64,000 nucleotides of DNA. Origin: Brevundimonas sp. Its GTDB lineage: Bacteria > Pseudomonadota > Alphaproteobacteria > Caulobacterales > Caulobacteraceae. Shown piece after piece: positions 8,598 to 17,594 of the stretch. Location: assembly GCF_035998205.1 (NCBI RefSeq), contig NZ_DASYHT010000003.1, positions 110,921 to 174,920 on the forward strand, in the 5' to 3' direction. The notes under the pieces were generated by a model. The model did not search any database and was not told the origin of the DNA. It was given only the letters and a program-made list of their open reading frames with translations. The position numbers were made by a program, and so were the translations under genes. Position 1 is the stretch's first letter. Each line of letters opens with the position of its first letter.

Positions 8598-9593
8598 CTA
8601 GCCCGGCGCCCTTCCGGCGTCAGCCTGGGCTGAAAGGGCCTGGCGCGACAGGTGGGCCAGGGTCAGCCAGAAGATGGCGAACAGGATGACCGAAAATCCG
8701 GCCGACCAGGCCAGCTTCTCGAGGCTCGGCGACTTGATGTTGAAATAGGCCAGCTGGAAGATGTTGAGGGCGACGATCCCGCGCAACATCCAGTCGACGC
8801 GCAGCTTGCCCAGCACATAGGCCCCGAAGGGAGCCATCAGCAAAACCACCGGATAGGCGCAGAGCCACGTGCCGATCTGGTCCTCCGTCAGACCCTGGTC
8901 CCAGAACAGGCGGTAGGCGTAGCCGAGCACGCTGATCGAGGCCATCAGCATGATGCTCTGGTGGGTGGCGATCTTCTCGTCCATGCGGAAGCGCGTCACC
9001 AGCAGCGTGTAGAGCACGATGTCGGCCCCGGTGCCGAACAGGCTGCCGCACATCCCGCCGGTGAACAGGATGACGGCGAGGGCGCCCCGGTCGCGCAGGT
9101 TCAGGGCCGGCAGGCGGAACCGGTTGCCGCGGTGCTTGCTGAACACATAGGCGACGGCGAAGGTCATGATCAGGCTGAGGAACAGGGCCTGGATGATGAA
9201 GACCGGGATGTCCTGCAGCAGGTTCATGCCGAACACGAAGCCGGCGAAGGCCACCGGAATGTACCAGAGCACCGCACGATAGGCGGCGAGGTCCGCCCCG
9301 GGGCGCGTCAGCAGCCAGAGACTGGCGCTGGTCATGCCGACGCTCTGGATCATCAGGCTGAAATCGCGTGCCGCGGCGCGATCGATCTCGAAGAAGACGC
9401 TGAGAACCGGAAAGGCGACGGCCCCCCCGCCCTCGGGGGTCAGACCGGCGACGAAGGCCCCGACCACCATGATCGCCGGGTAGTACCAGTGCTCCAGCAG
9501 GAACGGCACGCTGGCCAGGGTGCTGAACAGCACGACCCAGAGAGCCATCATGCCGACGTACCAGACGCGGAAGATGCGACTCGCGAAAAACAC
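8598..9593 (-). CDS. TauE/SafE (DUF81) family anion exporter membrane protein
   Basis: GTG at 9593 is preceded by GAGGA 7 nt upstream. Polytopic membrane protein (...GLTPEGGGAVAFPVLSVFF...). The longer ORF-track version (to 10586) is an artefactual extension. Confidence 0.8.
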   Translation of the reverse strand: MFFASRIFRVWYVGMMALWVVLFSTLASVPFLLEHWYYPAIMVVGAFVAGLTPEGGGAVAFPVLSVFFEIDRAAARDFSLMIQSVGMTSASLWLLTRPGADLAAYRAVLWYIPVAFAGFVFGMNLLQDIPVFIIQALFLSLIMTFAVAYVFSKHRGNRFRLPALNLRDRGALAVILFTGGMCGSLFGTGADIVLYTLLVTRFRMDEKIATHQSIMLMASISVLGYAYRLFWDQGLTEDQIGTWLCAYPVVLLMAPFGAYVLGKLRVDWMLRGIVALNIFQLAYFNIKSPSLEKLAWSAGFSVILFAIFWLTLAHLSRQALSAQADAGRAPG

Positions 9594-9712
9594 GGATTGG
9601 TCCTCACGCCCCCGGTCGGACACAGGCCCGACTGCGGGCGCGTCATGACCCGCCGGGGCCGCTGTTGTCCAGCCGGCCGGGCGGGTCCGGACGCCGCAGC
9701 TTCGGAGGGAGT

Positions 9713-10174
9713 CTACCCCCGCCCGCGGTAGGTCGGCACGCCCTGGTCGGGGAGCCAGAGGCCTTCGGGGGCCGGGCCGGTCTGCCAGAACACGTCGATG
9801 GGGATACCGCCACGCGGGTACCAGTAACCGCCGATGCGCAGCCACCTCGGGTCCAGCAGCTCGGCCAGCCGCTTGCCGATGGCCACGGTGCAGTCCTCGT
9901 GGAAGGCGCCGTGGTTGCGGAAGCTGGTCAGGTAGAGCTTGAGGCTCTTGGACTCCACCAGCCACTCGCCGGGGGCGTAGTCGATGACCAGATGGGCGAA
10001 GTCCGGCTGGCCGGTGACCGGGCACAGGCTGGTGAACTCCGGCGCGGTGAAGCGGGCCAGATAGAGGGTGTCCGGGTGCGGATTGGGCACGCGCTCCAGC
10101 ACGGCGCTGGCGGGATCGGCCGGCTGGGCCGTCTGGGTCCCCAGCTGGGACAGGCCGTCGGTATAGTGGGTCAT
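9713..10174 (-). CDS. queF: NADPH-dependent 7-cyano-7-deazaguanine reductase
   Basis: 153 aa from ATG 10174: MTHYTDG...[22 protein letters not shown]...[22 protein letters not shown], the QueF type I signature. Confidence 0.9.
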   Translation of the reverse strand: MTHYTDGLSQLGTQTAQPADPASAVLERVPNPHPDTLYLARFTAPEFTSLCPVTGQPDFAHLVIDYAPGEWLVESKSLKLYLTSFRNHGAFHEDCTVAIGKRLAELLDPRWLRIGGYWYPRGGIPIDVFWQTGPAPEGLWLPDQGVPTYRGRG

Positions 10175-10219
10175 GGCGGCGATGTAGTCGCTTCGGCGGC
10201 GGGGGGGAACCCGACGAAA

Positions 10220-10342
10220 GGTCCTCCCCGCAGGGGGAGGTGGCGCGGCGCGGAGCGCCGTGACGGAGGGGGTCGAAACACGACCGTCGGGGACAGCCCC
10301 CCTCCACCGCTCCGCGGTCCCCCTCCCCCTGCGGGGGAGGAA
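10220..10342 (+). repeat. Left copy of a ~123-bp structured direct repeat flanking the DUF559 gene
   Basis: GGTCCTCCCCGCAGGGGGAGGTGGCGCGGCGCGGAGCGCCGTGACGGAGGGGG...CCTCCACCGCTCCGCGGTCCCCCTCCCCCTGCGGGGGAGGA. Nearly identical to 10744..10866, with terminal hairpins and a complementary interior. Confidence 0.85.
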
Positions 10343-10373
10343 GGCGTATATTCCCGGATGTGCGGGGGCGGAG

Positions 10374-10739
10374 ATGGACGAGACGCCCGACATCACCACA
10401 AGCCGGGCCCGCGCCCTGCGCCGCCGCCTGACCCTGCCCGAAGTGCTGGTCTGGACCAGCCTTCGCGGACGGCGGCTGGGCGGGTTGCGGTTCCGGCGGC
10501 ACCATCCCGTCTGCCCATGGATCCTCGACTTCTACTGTGACGCACGCCGGCTGGCGGTGGAGATCGACGGTCAGGGGCACGATCATCCCGACGCACTGCG
10601 TTACGATGCACGTCGCACCGCTTGGCTAGAAGAGCAGCGGATCGCCGTGCTGCGCCTGTCGGCCCGCGACGTGCTCGACGACCTGCCTGCGGCGCTGGAC
10701 CGCATCCGCCATGCCGCAGCCGCCCGCGCACCGGAGTGA
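10374..10739 (+). CDS. DUF559 (Vsr-like) endonuclease domain protein
   Basis: 121 aa from ATG 10374: ...[59 protein letters not shown]..., the typical DUF559 core. Confidence 0.8.
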   Translation: MDETPDITTSRARALRRRLTLPEVLVWTSLRGRRLGGLRFRRHHPVCPWILDFYCDARRLAVEIDGQGHDHPDALRYDARRTAWLEEQRIAVLRLSARDVLDDLPAALDRIRHAAAARAPE

Positions 10740-10743
10740 CACG

Positions 10744-10866
10744 GGTCCTCCCCCACAGGGGGAGGTGGCGCGGCGCGGAGCGCCGTGACGGAGGGGGGCG
10801 AAACACGACTGTCGGGGACAGCCGCCCTCCACCGCTTCGCGGTCCCCCTTCCCTTCGGGGGAGGAC
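10744..10866 (+). repeat. Right copy of the ~123-bp structured direct repeat flanking the DUF559 gene
   Basis: Aligns with 10220..10342 over its whole length with only a handful of substitutions and 1-nt indels. Confidence 0.85.
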
Positions 10867-10934
10867 TGGAGACCCCGTTGCCTTCCGCGCCGTCAGCCCG
10901 CTAAGCGTAGCCAAAGACAACGGAGGAGACGCCC

Positions 10935-11867
10935 GTGGCCATTCCCGCCTCGCTGCAAAAGGGCCTGAAGCTGCCCGTGATCGCCGCCCCCATGTTCCTG
11001 GTGTCGGGCCCTGACCTGGTGGTCGAGACCTGCAACGCCGGGGTCATCGGCACCTTCCCGTCGCTGAACCAGCGCACCACCGAGGGCTATCGGGACTGGC
11101 TGCAGGAGATCAAGGGCCGGCTGAACCCGGACGCGGCGGCCTTCGGCGTCAACCACATCGTCCACCCGACCAATCCGCGGCTGATGGCCGACATGATGGT
11201 CTCGGTCGAGGAGAAGGTGCCGCTGATCATCACCTCTCTGGGGGCGGTGCGCGACGTGGTCGATGCGGTGCACGGCTATGGCGGGGTGGTGTTCCACGAT
11301 ATCGCCAACGTCCGCCACGCCCGCAAGGCGGCCGAGAGCGGCGTCGACGGCCTGATCCTGGTGGCCAACGGCGCCGGCGGCCACGCCGGCATCATCAACC
11401 CCTTCGCCCTGATCAACGAGGTGCGCCAGTTCTTCAGCGGCACCATCATCCTGTCGGGCTGCCTGTCGACCGGCCAGGACGTGGCCGCGGCCCTGATGAT
11501 GGGCGCGGACTTCGCCTACATGGGCACCCGCTTCATCAACACCACCGAGGCCATGGCCCCGGAGGCCTACAAGGCCATGATCATCGACTCCGGCGCCACC
11601 GACATCGTCCACACCCCGGCGGTGTCGGGCATTCCGGCCAACTTCATGATCAAGTCGCTGGAGGCCAACGGCATCGATCCGAAGCACCTGCCCGAGCACA
11701 AGCTGGACATGGGCGACGAGGCCAAGGCGTGGAAGACCGTCTGGTCCGCCGGCCAGGGCGCGGGAGCCATCCATGACGTCGTGCCGGCGGGCGAGCTGGT
11801 CGGCCGCCTGGTCTCTGAATACCGTCAGGCGACGGACAGATTTGCGAAGATCTCGCTGGTCGCCTAA
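10935..11867 (+). CDS. Nitronate monooxygenase / NAD(P)H-dependent flavin oxidoreductase (NMO family)
   Basis: 310 aa. LKLPVIAAPMFLVSGPDLVVETCNAGVIGTFPS...ANGAGGHAG is typical of the NMO/2-nitropropane dioxygenase TIM barrel. Confidence 0.85.
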   Translation: MAIPASLQKGLKLPVIAAPMFLVSGPDLVVETCNAGVIGTFPSLNQRTTEGYRDWLQEIKGRLNPDAAAFGVNHIVHPTNPRLMADMMVSVEEKVPLIITSLGAVRDVVDAVHGYGGVVFHDIANVRHARKAAESGVDGLILVANGAGGHAGIINPFALINEVRQFFSGTIILSGCLSTGQDVAAALMMGADFAYMGTRFINTTEAMAPEAYKAMIIDSGATDIVHTPAVSGIPANFMIKSLEANGIDPKHLPEHKLDMGDEAKAWKTVWSAGQGAGAIHDVVPAGELVGRLVSEYRQATDRFAKISLVA

Positions 11868-11898
11868 ACCTCGCGGCCTTCCCGGCCCCGAGGTTGTC

Positions 11899-12588
11899 AT
11901 GCGTGTCCTGATTCCGGCGCTCGCCGCCCTGTCGCTGCTCGTCGCCGGCGCGCCCGCCGTCGCCCAGTCGTGGATCGGCGACACCGGAGGCGAGGTCGGG
12001 GTCACCACCGACAACCGCTCCAAGTTCGCCAGCAAGAGCGGGGGCGACCCCGCGGCCTTCGCGGGCGTCTACGCCCTGACGCCCGACGGCGCCTGGTACG
12101 TGGAGGGCGAGGCCGAGACGATCCGCGACTCCAGCGGGTCGGACGCAGAGCTCACCTTCGCCGCCGGCTGGCGGCCGCAGGTGATCGGGTTCGACCTGGA
12201 TCTCGCCGCCGCCCGCAAGGTGCGGCTGGGCGCGCGCCCGGGCGCCGACACCGAGGCCTGGGAGTTCACCGCCGACGCCGAGCGCGCCATCGGCCCGTTC
12301 GAGGGCCGCCTGCGCCTGCAGCAGTCCCCGGACGGCGCCGGCTCGACCGGGGCCTGGGTCTATTACGAGGCGCGCCTGCGCTGGGATGTCGCGCCGCGCT
12401 GGACGCTGGACGCCCAGGTGGGGACCCGGGACTACGAGGACGACGCCGACGACTACAGCGGGGCCAGCCTCGGCGCGGTCTATGCGGTCACGGACAACCT
12501 CGAATTCGACCTGCGCCTGATCGACACCGACCGGGCGGGCGAGGATGACGAGCCGGCGCTGGTGGTGTCGCTGATCGCCGGCTTCTGA
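11899..12588 (+). CDS. Putative outer-membrane beta-barrel protein
   Basis: ATG 11899 gives the signal peptide MRVLIPALAALSLLVAGAPAVAQS. Alternating beta-strand pattern, Asp/Gly-rich loops and a terminal F (SLIAGF). Confidence 0.65.
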   Translation: MRVLIPALAALSLLVAGAPAVAQSWIGDTGGEVGVTTDNRSKFASKSGGDPAAFAGVYALTPDGAWYVEGEAETIRDSSGSDAELTFAAGWRPQVIGFDLDLAAARKVRLGARPGADTEAWEFTADAERAIGPFEGRLRLQQSPDGAGSTGAWVYYEARLRWDVAPRWTLDAQVGTRDYEDDADDYSGASLGAVYAVTDNLEFDLRLIDTDRAGEDDEPALVVSLIAGF

Positions 12589-12682
12589 GGCTGCGGCGGC
12601 TCGCCGCGCGGCGCATCCGGCCGGCCTGTCTGTGCGTCCTTACGCCGACCGCGATCCGACGGTCGTCGAAGGAGACTTCCCG

Positions 12683-13213
12683 ATGCAACGCCGCCTCGCC
12701 GCCCTCGCCCTCGCCGCCGGCCTCGCCGCCGCGGGCGCCGCGTCCGCCCAGAGCTATGGCGCCCCGCGCACCAATATCGTCGAGGGCGCCGTGGCCTCGC
12801 CGGCCCACACCACCCTGGTCGCCGCCGTCCAGGCCGCCGGTCTGGTCGACACCCTGGCCAGCCCCGGCCCGTTCACGGTCTTCGCCCCGACTAACGACGC
12901 CTTCGCCGCCCTGCCGGCCGGCACGGTCGAGACCCTGCTGCAGCCGGCCAACCGCGCCACCCTGACCAAGGTGCTGACCTATCACGTGGTGCCGGGCCGT
13001 CTGGCCGCCGCGGACGTGCTGGCCGCCATCCAGGCCGGCAACGGGCGCGCCGAGGTGACCACCGTCTCGGGCGACACCCTGGTGGCCTCGCTGGAGGGCG
13101 GCAACGTCATCCTCACCGACGAGAACGGCGGCAAGGCCACCGTGGTCCAGGCCGACCTGTTCATGTCGAACGGCGTGATCCACGTCACCAACGCCGTCTC
13201 CATCCCGCAGTAA
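12683..13213 (+). CDS. Fasciclin (FAS1) domain protein, secreted
   Basis: ATG 12683 with a GAAGGAG RBS, signal peptide [24 protein letters not shown], and FAS1 motifs [15 protein letters not shown] and VLTYHVV. Confidence 0.9.
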   Translation: MQRRLAALALAAGLAAAGAASAQSYGAPRTNIVEGAVASPAHTTLVAAVQAAGLVDTLASPGPFTVFAPTNDAFAALPAGTVETLLQPANRATLTKVLTYHVVPGRLAAADVLAAIQAGNGRAEVTTVSGDTLVASLEGGNVILTDENGGKATVVQADLFMSNGVIHVTNAVSIPQ

Positions 13214-13437
13214 GGCGGTCCGCGAGGGGGTCGTCCGCGGCCCCCTCGCGACCTTTCGCCACGGCCGCACCTTGCGCCGGAGGGGTGCTCCCCCCATTTG
13301 CCCCTCTGTCGATCTCTTTGCGTCACGCCGCTGCTCCCTTTGCATCACGCACCGAGGTCCAACAGCCGATCCGTTCAGACCCGACAGGCCGACCAGGGAT
13401 TCCTCCCTGCGGTCAACGCCAGACGGAGGTCCTGAAA

Positions 13438-13650
13438 ATGGCTACCGGCACTGTGAAATGGTACAATCCGACCAAGGGCTACGGCTTCATCGAGCCCGCT
13501 AACGGGGGCAAGGACGTGTTCGTCCATGCCTCGGCCGTCGAGGTCTCGAGCCTCGGCTCGCTGAACGAAGGCCAGAAGATCTCCTACGAGGTCGAACGCG
13601 ACGCCCGCTCGGGCAAGGAATCCGCCGGCCGCCTCCAGGCGGCGGAGTAG
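13438..13650 (+). CDS. Cold-shock domain protein
   Basis: [34 protein letters not shown]... carries the RNP1/RNP2 motifs. 70 aa. The long 5' untranslated region (13214-13437) is typical of csp genes. Stop codon is TAG 13648-13650. Confidence 0.95.
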   Translation: MATGTVKWYNPTKGYGFIEPANGGKDVFVHASAVEVSSLGSLNEGQKISYEVERDARSGKESAGRLQAAE

Positions 13651-13866
13651 GACGCTTTCGCGACCTGCAGCGACATCGCCTTTGACGGCGAAGTCGTCGA
13701 ACTGCTGCCGGGCGGCAATCGCAAGATCCGCCTTGGCAACGGCCATCTCGTCACCTCCCTGCCGATGTCGGGGCCGCCCACGGGCGCACCGCTGATCGGC
13801 GACCGGGTGGTGGTCGAGATCGCCCTGAACCAGCTGAAGGGCTGGCGCCTCGCGCGCCGGCCCTGA
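13651..13866 (+). CDS. IF-1-like (S1/OB-fold) reading frame with no canonical start codon, in frame with and contiguous to the csp stop
   Basis: 71 sense codons with very high GC3: DAFATCSDIAFDGEVVELLPGGNRKIRLGNGHLVTSLPMSGPPTGAPLIGDRVVVEIALNQLKGWRLARRP, alignable with bacterial IF-1. The first in-frame ATG/GTG/TTG is ATG 13765, in the middle of the domain. Confidence 0.5.
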   Translation, partial: DAFATCSDIAFDGEVVELLPGGNRKIRLGNGHLVTSLPMSGPPTGAPLIGDRVVVEIALNQLKGWRLARRP

Positions 13867-13893
13867 CGCCCTCCCCCGACCGAAGGATACGCC

Positions 13894-14154
13894 ATGACGC
13901 CGCTCGCCGAGATGATCCCCGCCATGTCCGACGCCGACCTGGCCTCGCTGCGCGTCAATGCGCGTCGCCTCGTCGAACACGGCGCCTCCAGCCAGGTCAT
14001 GGCCGCCAGCGACATCCTGCCGGTGATCGATACGGAACTGGCGCGCCGCGCCGCCCTGCCCAAGCCTGACAAGGCCCCGCCCAAGCGCGCCCCGGCGAAG
14101 AAGAAGCTGCCGCCGGTCACCGGCCACCAGACCGCCCTGCCCGCGCGCGCCTGA
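13894..14154 (+). CDS. Small hypothetical protein with a Lys/Pro-rich C-terminus
   Basis: 86 aa, GAAGGA RBS 6 nt upstream, good GC3. No recognisable domain. Confidence 0.6.
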   Translation: MTPLAEMIPAMSDADLASLRVNARRLVEHGASSQVMAASDILPVIDTELARRAALPKPDKAPPKRAPAKKKLPPVTGHQTALPARA

Positions 14155-14200
14155 CGCAGCGGGCCCGAGGGGGCGACAAACGCCCCCTCCCCGACTTCGG

Positions 14201-15364
14201 TCAGCCCAGCGCCTGATCCAGATCGGCGATCAGGTCGTCGACCTCCTCGACCCCGACCGACAGCCGGATCAGGGTATCGGTGACCCCGCCGGCCTCGCGC
14301 ACCTCTTTCGGCACCGAGGCGTGGGTCATGATGGCCGGGTGATTGACCAGGCTCTCCACGCCGCCCAGCGACTCCGCCAGGGTGAAGACCTCGACCCGCT
14401 CCAGCACGCGCTTGGTGCGCTCCAGATCGCCTTCAAGCCGCAGGCTGACCATGCCGCCGAAGCCGCCCGCCATCTGGCGCGCGGCCAGGTCGTGCTGCGG
14501 GTGGGAGATCAGGCCCGGGTAGATGACCTCGGCCACGCCCGCCCGGTCCTCCAGCCAGCGCGCCACCGCCAGGGCGTTCTCGCAGTGCGCCTTCATGCGC
14601 AGGCCCAGCGTCTTCAGCCCACGGTTGGCGAGGAAGGCGTCGAACGGCCCCATCACCCCGCCGACCGAGTTCTGCAGGAACTTGATGCGGGTCGCGAGCT
14701 CCGCGTCACCGGTCACCAGCGCCCCGCCGATGATGTCCGAGTGGCCGTTCAGATACTTGGTGGCCGAGTGCATGACGATGTCCGCGCCCAGCGCCAGCGG
14801 CTGCTGGCAGAAGGGCGTGGCGAAGGTGTTGTCGACCACCAGCAGCAGCCCGCGCGCCTTCGCCAGCCCCGACAGGGCGGCGATGTCGGCCAGCTTCATC
14901 AGCGGATTGGTCGGGGTCTCCACCCACAGCATCCGGGTCTTCGGCGTGATCGCCGCCTCGACCGCCGCGAGGTTGCTGAGGTCCACATAGGCGAAGTCCA
15001 GCCCCATCGAGCGTCGCCGCACCCGCTCGAACAGCCGCCACGAGCCGCCGTACAGGTCGTCGCCCGTGACCACGTGATCGCCGGCGTCCAGCAGCTCCAG
15101 CGCCGTCGAGGTCGCTGCCATGCCGGAGGCGAAGCCGAAGCCCTGCACCCCGCCCTCGAGGTCCGCGAGGCAGGCCTCGAACGCCTCCCGGGTCGGGTTC
15201 TTGCCGCGGGCGTACTCATAGCCCTTGTTCACGCCCGGGCTCTCCTGGGCGTAGGTCGAGGTGGCGTAGATCGGCGTCATCACCGCCCCCGTCGTCGGGT
15301 CCGGTCGCTGGCCGGCGTGGATGGCGCGGGTGGAGAAGCCCGGGCGGTTCTTGCGGACGGTCAT
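14201..15364 (-). CDS. PLP-dependent trans-sulfuration enzyme (cystathionine gamma-lyase / gamma-synthase family)
   Basis: 387 aa. STRAIHAGQ...TPIYATSTY and the PLP-lysine motif HSATKYLNGHSD. Sits in an operon with a cystathionine beta-synthase. Confidence 0.9.
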   Translation of the reverse strand: MTVRKNRPGFSTRAIHAGQRPDPTTGAVMTPIYATSTYAQESPGVNKGYEYARGKNPTREAFEACLADLEGGVQGFGFASGMAATSTALELLDAGDHVVTGDDLYGGSWRLFERVRRRSMGLDFAYVDLSNLAAVEAAITPKTRMLWVETPTNPLMKLADIAALSGLAKARGLLLVVDNTFATPFCQQPLALGADIVMHSATKYLNGHSDIIGGALVTGDAELATRIKFLQNSVGGVMGPFDAFLANRGLKTLGLRMKAHCENALAVARWLEDRAGVAEVIYPGLISHPQHDLAARQMAGGFGGMVSLRLEGDLERTKRVLERVEVFTLAESLGGVESLVNHPAIMTHASVPKEVREAGGVTDTLIRLSVGVEEVDDLIADLDQALG

Positions 15365-15399
15365 GAGGGTCGCCGTGGTCTGGGGTCAGAAGTGAGGGA

Positions 15400-16194
15400 T
15401 CAGGGAGCGGCCGGGCCAGACCCGGCCTCGAGAAAGGTTCGCGTGCGGGCGAAGGCGTCGCACCAGGTCGGCAGATCGAAGCGGTGCCCGTCGAATTCGA
15501 GCATGGCGATCTCGACCTGCTGGCCGGCCTCGGTCAGGGACCGGGCCAGGTCGCGGGTCCGTGCGACCGGCACGGCCTCGTCGCGCCGGGCATGCAGCAG
15601 CAGCACCGGCACATCGCGCCGGCCAACGTGCTCGACCTCGCCGCCCGTGGCGACACCGATCACGGCCGAGATCCGGGACCCCTCGCCGAAGCCGGCCCGC
15701 ACGGCGACCCCGCCGCCCCGGGAGTAGCCCCAAAGGGCCACGCGATCGGGGTCGACGCCGGGCTCCGAAGCCACCGCAGCCGCCGCATCCAGCGCTGCGC
15801 GGCTCCAGGCCCGTGCCGCCACCGCCCGACGACGCGAGTCGGGCCGCGCGGCGTCGAAATAGGCCGGCAGGATCACCCGGTAGCCGCGCGAGGCCAGCTG
15901 CAGGGCATGGGCGTCGAACAGGATGGCGTTCATCTCCCAGCCCGTACCGCCATGGAGCAGCACGATGGCCCGACCGTTGGATGCCCCGCGGGGACTGTAC
16001 AGGTGGGCGCGGATCGCGCGTCCGGCGCTGTCAAACGTCACGGTCTCGCGCGTCGCCCGCAGCGGCACATCGTCGGCGCAGCCGGGCATGCCGACCACGA
16101 AGCGGGGGGCGTCAGGCGTCTGGGCGACGGCCGGGGCCGCGACGCCGCCCGCCACCGCCAGGGTCGCCGCGATCGCCAGCCCCGCCCGGCTCAC
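15400..16194 (-). CDS. Secreted alpha/beta hydrolase (dienelactone hydrolase / prolyl oligopeptidase-like)
   Basis: GTG 16194 overlaps the CBS stop (GTGA). Signal peptide MSRAGLAIAATLAVAGGVAAPAVAQT, HGGTGW and the nucleophile elbow GYSRGG. Confidence 0.75.
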   Translation of the reverse strand: MSRAGLAIAATLAVAGGVAAPAVAQTPDAPRFVVGMPGCADDVPLRATRETVTFDSAGRAIRAHLYSPRGASNGRAIVLLHGGTGWEMNAILFDAHALQLASRGYRVILPAYFDAARPDSRRRAVAARAWSRAALDAAAAVASEPGVDPDRVALWGYSRGGGVAVRAGFGEGSRISAVIGVATGGEVEHVGRRDVPVLLLHARRDEAVPVARTRDLARSLTEAGQQVEIAMLEFDGHRFDLPTWCDAFARTRTFLEAGSGPAAP

Positions 16195-17594
16195 CGGTTC
16201 AGGCTCAGGTGGTTGATCAGGTCGGTGCGGGTGATCAGGCCGACGAAGCGCTCCCCGTCCAGCACAATCGCCACCCGGTCGCGGTCGAACAGGGGGATCA
16301 GGGCGTCGAGCGGTTCGCTGACCTGCACCGTGTCGAGATCACGGGTCATGACCTCGCCGACGGCCTTCCTGAAGCGCGCCTCCCGGGTGATCTCGTCGGT
16401 GTTCATGACATGCACGATGTCGCTCTCGTCGAGGATGCCGACCAGTCGGCCGTCCTGCAGCACCGGCAACTGGCTGACGTCGGCGCCGCGCATCCGCTTG
16501 AAGGCGGTATCGAGGGTGTCGCCGGGCCCCACCGAGACCACCTCGCCCCGGTCCGGCCGGCGGGTGATGAGGTCCGACAGGTCGCCGTGCAGCTCGCGCT
16601 CGGCGAGGCCCTGATCCGCCAGCCAGGCGTCATTGTACACCTTGGACAGGTACTTGGCCCCGGTATCGCAGACGAAGGTGACGCAGCGCTTCGGCTCGGT
16701 CTGCTCGCGGCACCAGCGCAGGGCGGCCGCGATCAGCGTGCCCGACGAGGAGCCGGCGAGGATGCCCTCCTTCAGCAGCAGTTCGCGCACGGTCGCCACC
16801 GCCTCGGCGTCGGGGATCGAATAGGCCTTCTCGATCAGGCTCATGTCGGCGGTGTCCGGCACGAAGTTCTGGCCGATGCCCTCGACCGTGTAGCTGCCCT
16901 CGGGGCCCGGTACGCCGTCGTTGACGATGCCGGCCAGGGTCGAGCCGACCGGGTCGGCGAGGATGATCTCGGCGGTCGAGCCCTTGTCCTTCAGGAACCG
17001 GCCCACGCCGGTGATGGTCCCGCCTGACCCGATGCCCGCGACGAAGGCGTCGACCTGTCCGTCCATCTGCTCCCAGATCTCCGGGCCGGTGGTGCGCACA
17101 TGCGCCTCGGAGTTGGCGGCGTTGGCGAACTGGTTGACGTAGAAGCCCCCCGGAATCTGCTGCGCCAGACGTTCGGCCATGTCGGTGTAATACTCGGGGT
17201 GCCCGTGCGGCACGTCCGAGCGGGTCAGGCGCACATCGGCGCCCATGGCCCGCAGGTGCTGGATCTTCTCGCGGGACATCTTGTCGGGGATGACCAGCAG
17301 CACCTTGTAGCCCTTGGCCTGCCCCACAAGCGTCAGCGCCAGCCCGGTGTTGCCCGCCGTGGCCTCGACGATGGTGCCGCCGGGCTTGAGCCAGCCCTCG
17401 CGCTCGGCCGCGTCGATCATCGACAGGGCGATGCGATCCTTGATGGAGCCGCCCGGGTTCTGCGCTTCCAGCTTCAGGAACAGTCGGCAGGGACCGGTGT
17501 CGATACGCGTCACCTCCACCATCGGCGTCTTGCCGATCAGGTCCAGCAGCGAGCCGCTGGGGCCGGTGAGAACGGGCGATGGGGCCAGCGACAT
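16191..17594 (-). CDS. Cystathionine beta-synthase (PLP domain plus C-terminal CBS pair)
   Basis: ATG 17594 gives MSLAPSPVLTG...GKTPMVEV...NPGGSIKDR (PLP lysine) and C-terminal CBS-domain repeats. The upstream ORF-track extension was rejected. Confidence 0.9.
   Translation of the reverse strand: MSLAPSPVLTGPSGSLLDLIGKTPMVEVTRIDTGPCRLFLKLEAQNPGGSIKDRIALSMIDAAEREGWLKPGGTIVEATAGNTGLALTLVGQAKGYKVLLVIPDKMSREKIQHLRAMGADVRLTRSDVPHGHPEYYTDMAERLAQQIPGGFYVNQFANAANSEAHVRTTGPEIWEQMDGQVDAFVAGIGSGGTITGVGRFLKDKGSTAEIILADPVGSTLAGIVNDGVPGPEGSYTVEGIGQNFVPDTADMSLIEKAYSIPDAEAVATVRELLLKEGILAGSSSGTLIAAALRWCREQTEPKRCVTFVCDTGAKYLSKVYNDAWLADQGLAERELHGDLSDLITRRPDRGEVVSVGPGDTLDTAFKRMRGADVSQLPVLQDGRLVGILDESDIVHVMNTDEITREARFRKAVGEVMTRDLDTVQVSEPLDALIPLFDRDRVAIVLDGERFVGLITRTDLINHLSLNR

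Noticed and set aside
10175-10220. Possible preQ1 riboswitch upstream of queF
   Set aside because: The 45-nt leader lacks the conserved preQ1-I hairpin and A-rich tail. It mainly consists of the edge of the GC-rich repeat.
9594-10586. Upstream 331 codons of the 662-aa minus-strand ORF that ends in the TauE gene
   Set aside because: It is out of frame with queF on the same strand and runs through the structured repeat. TauE has its own GTG with a GAGGA RBS at 9593.
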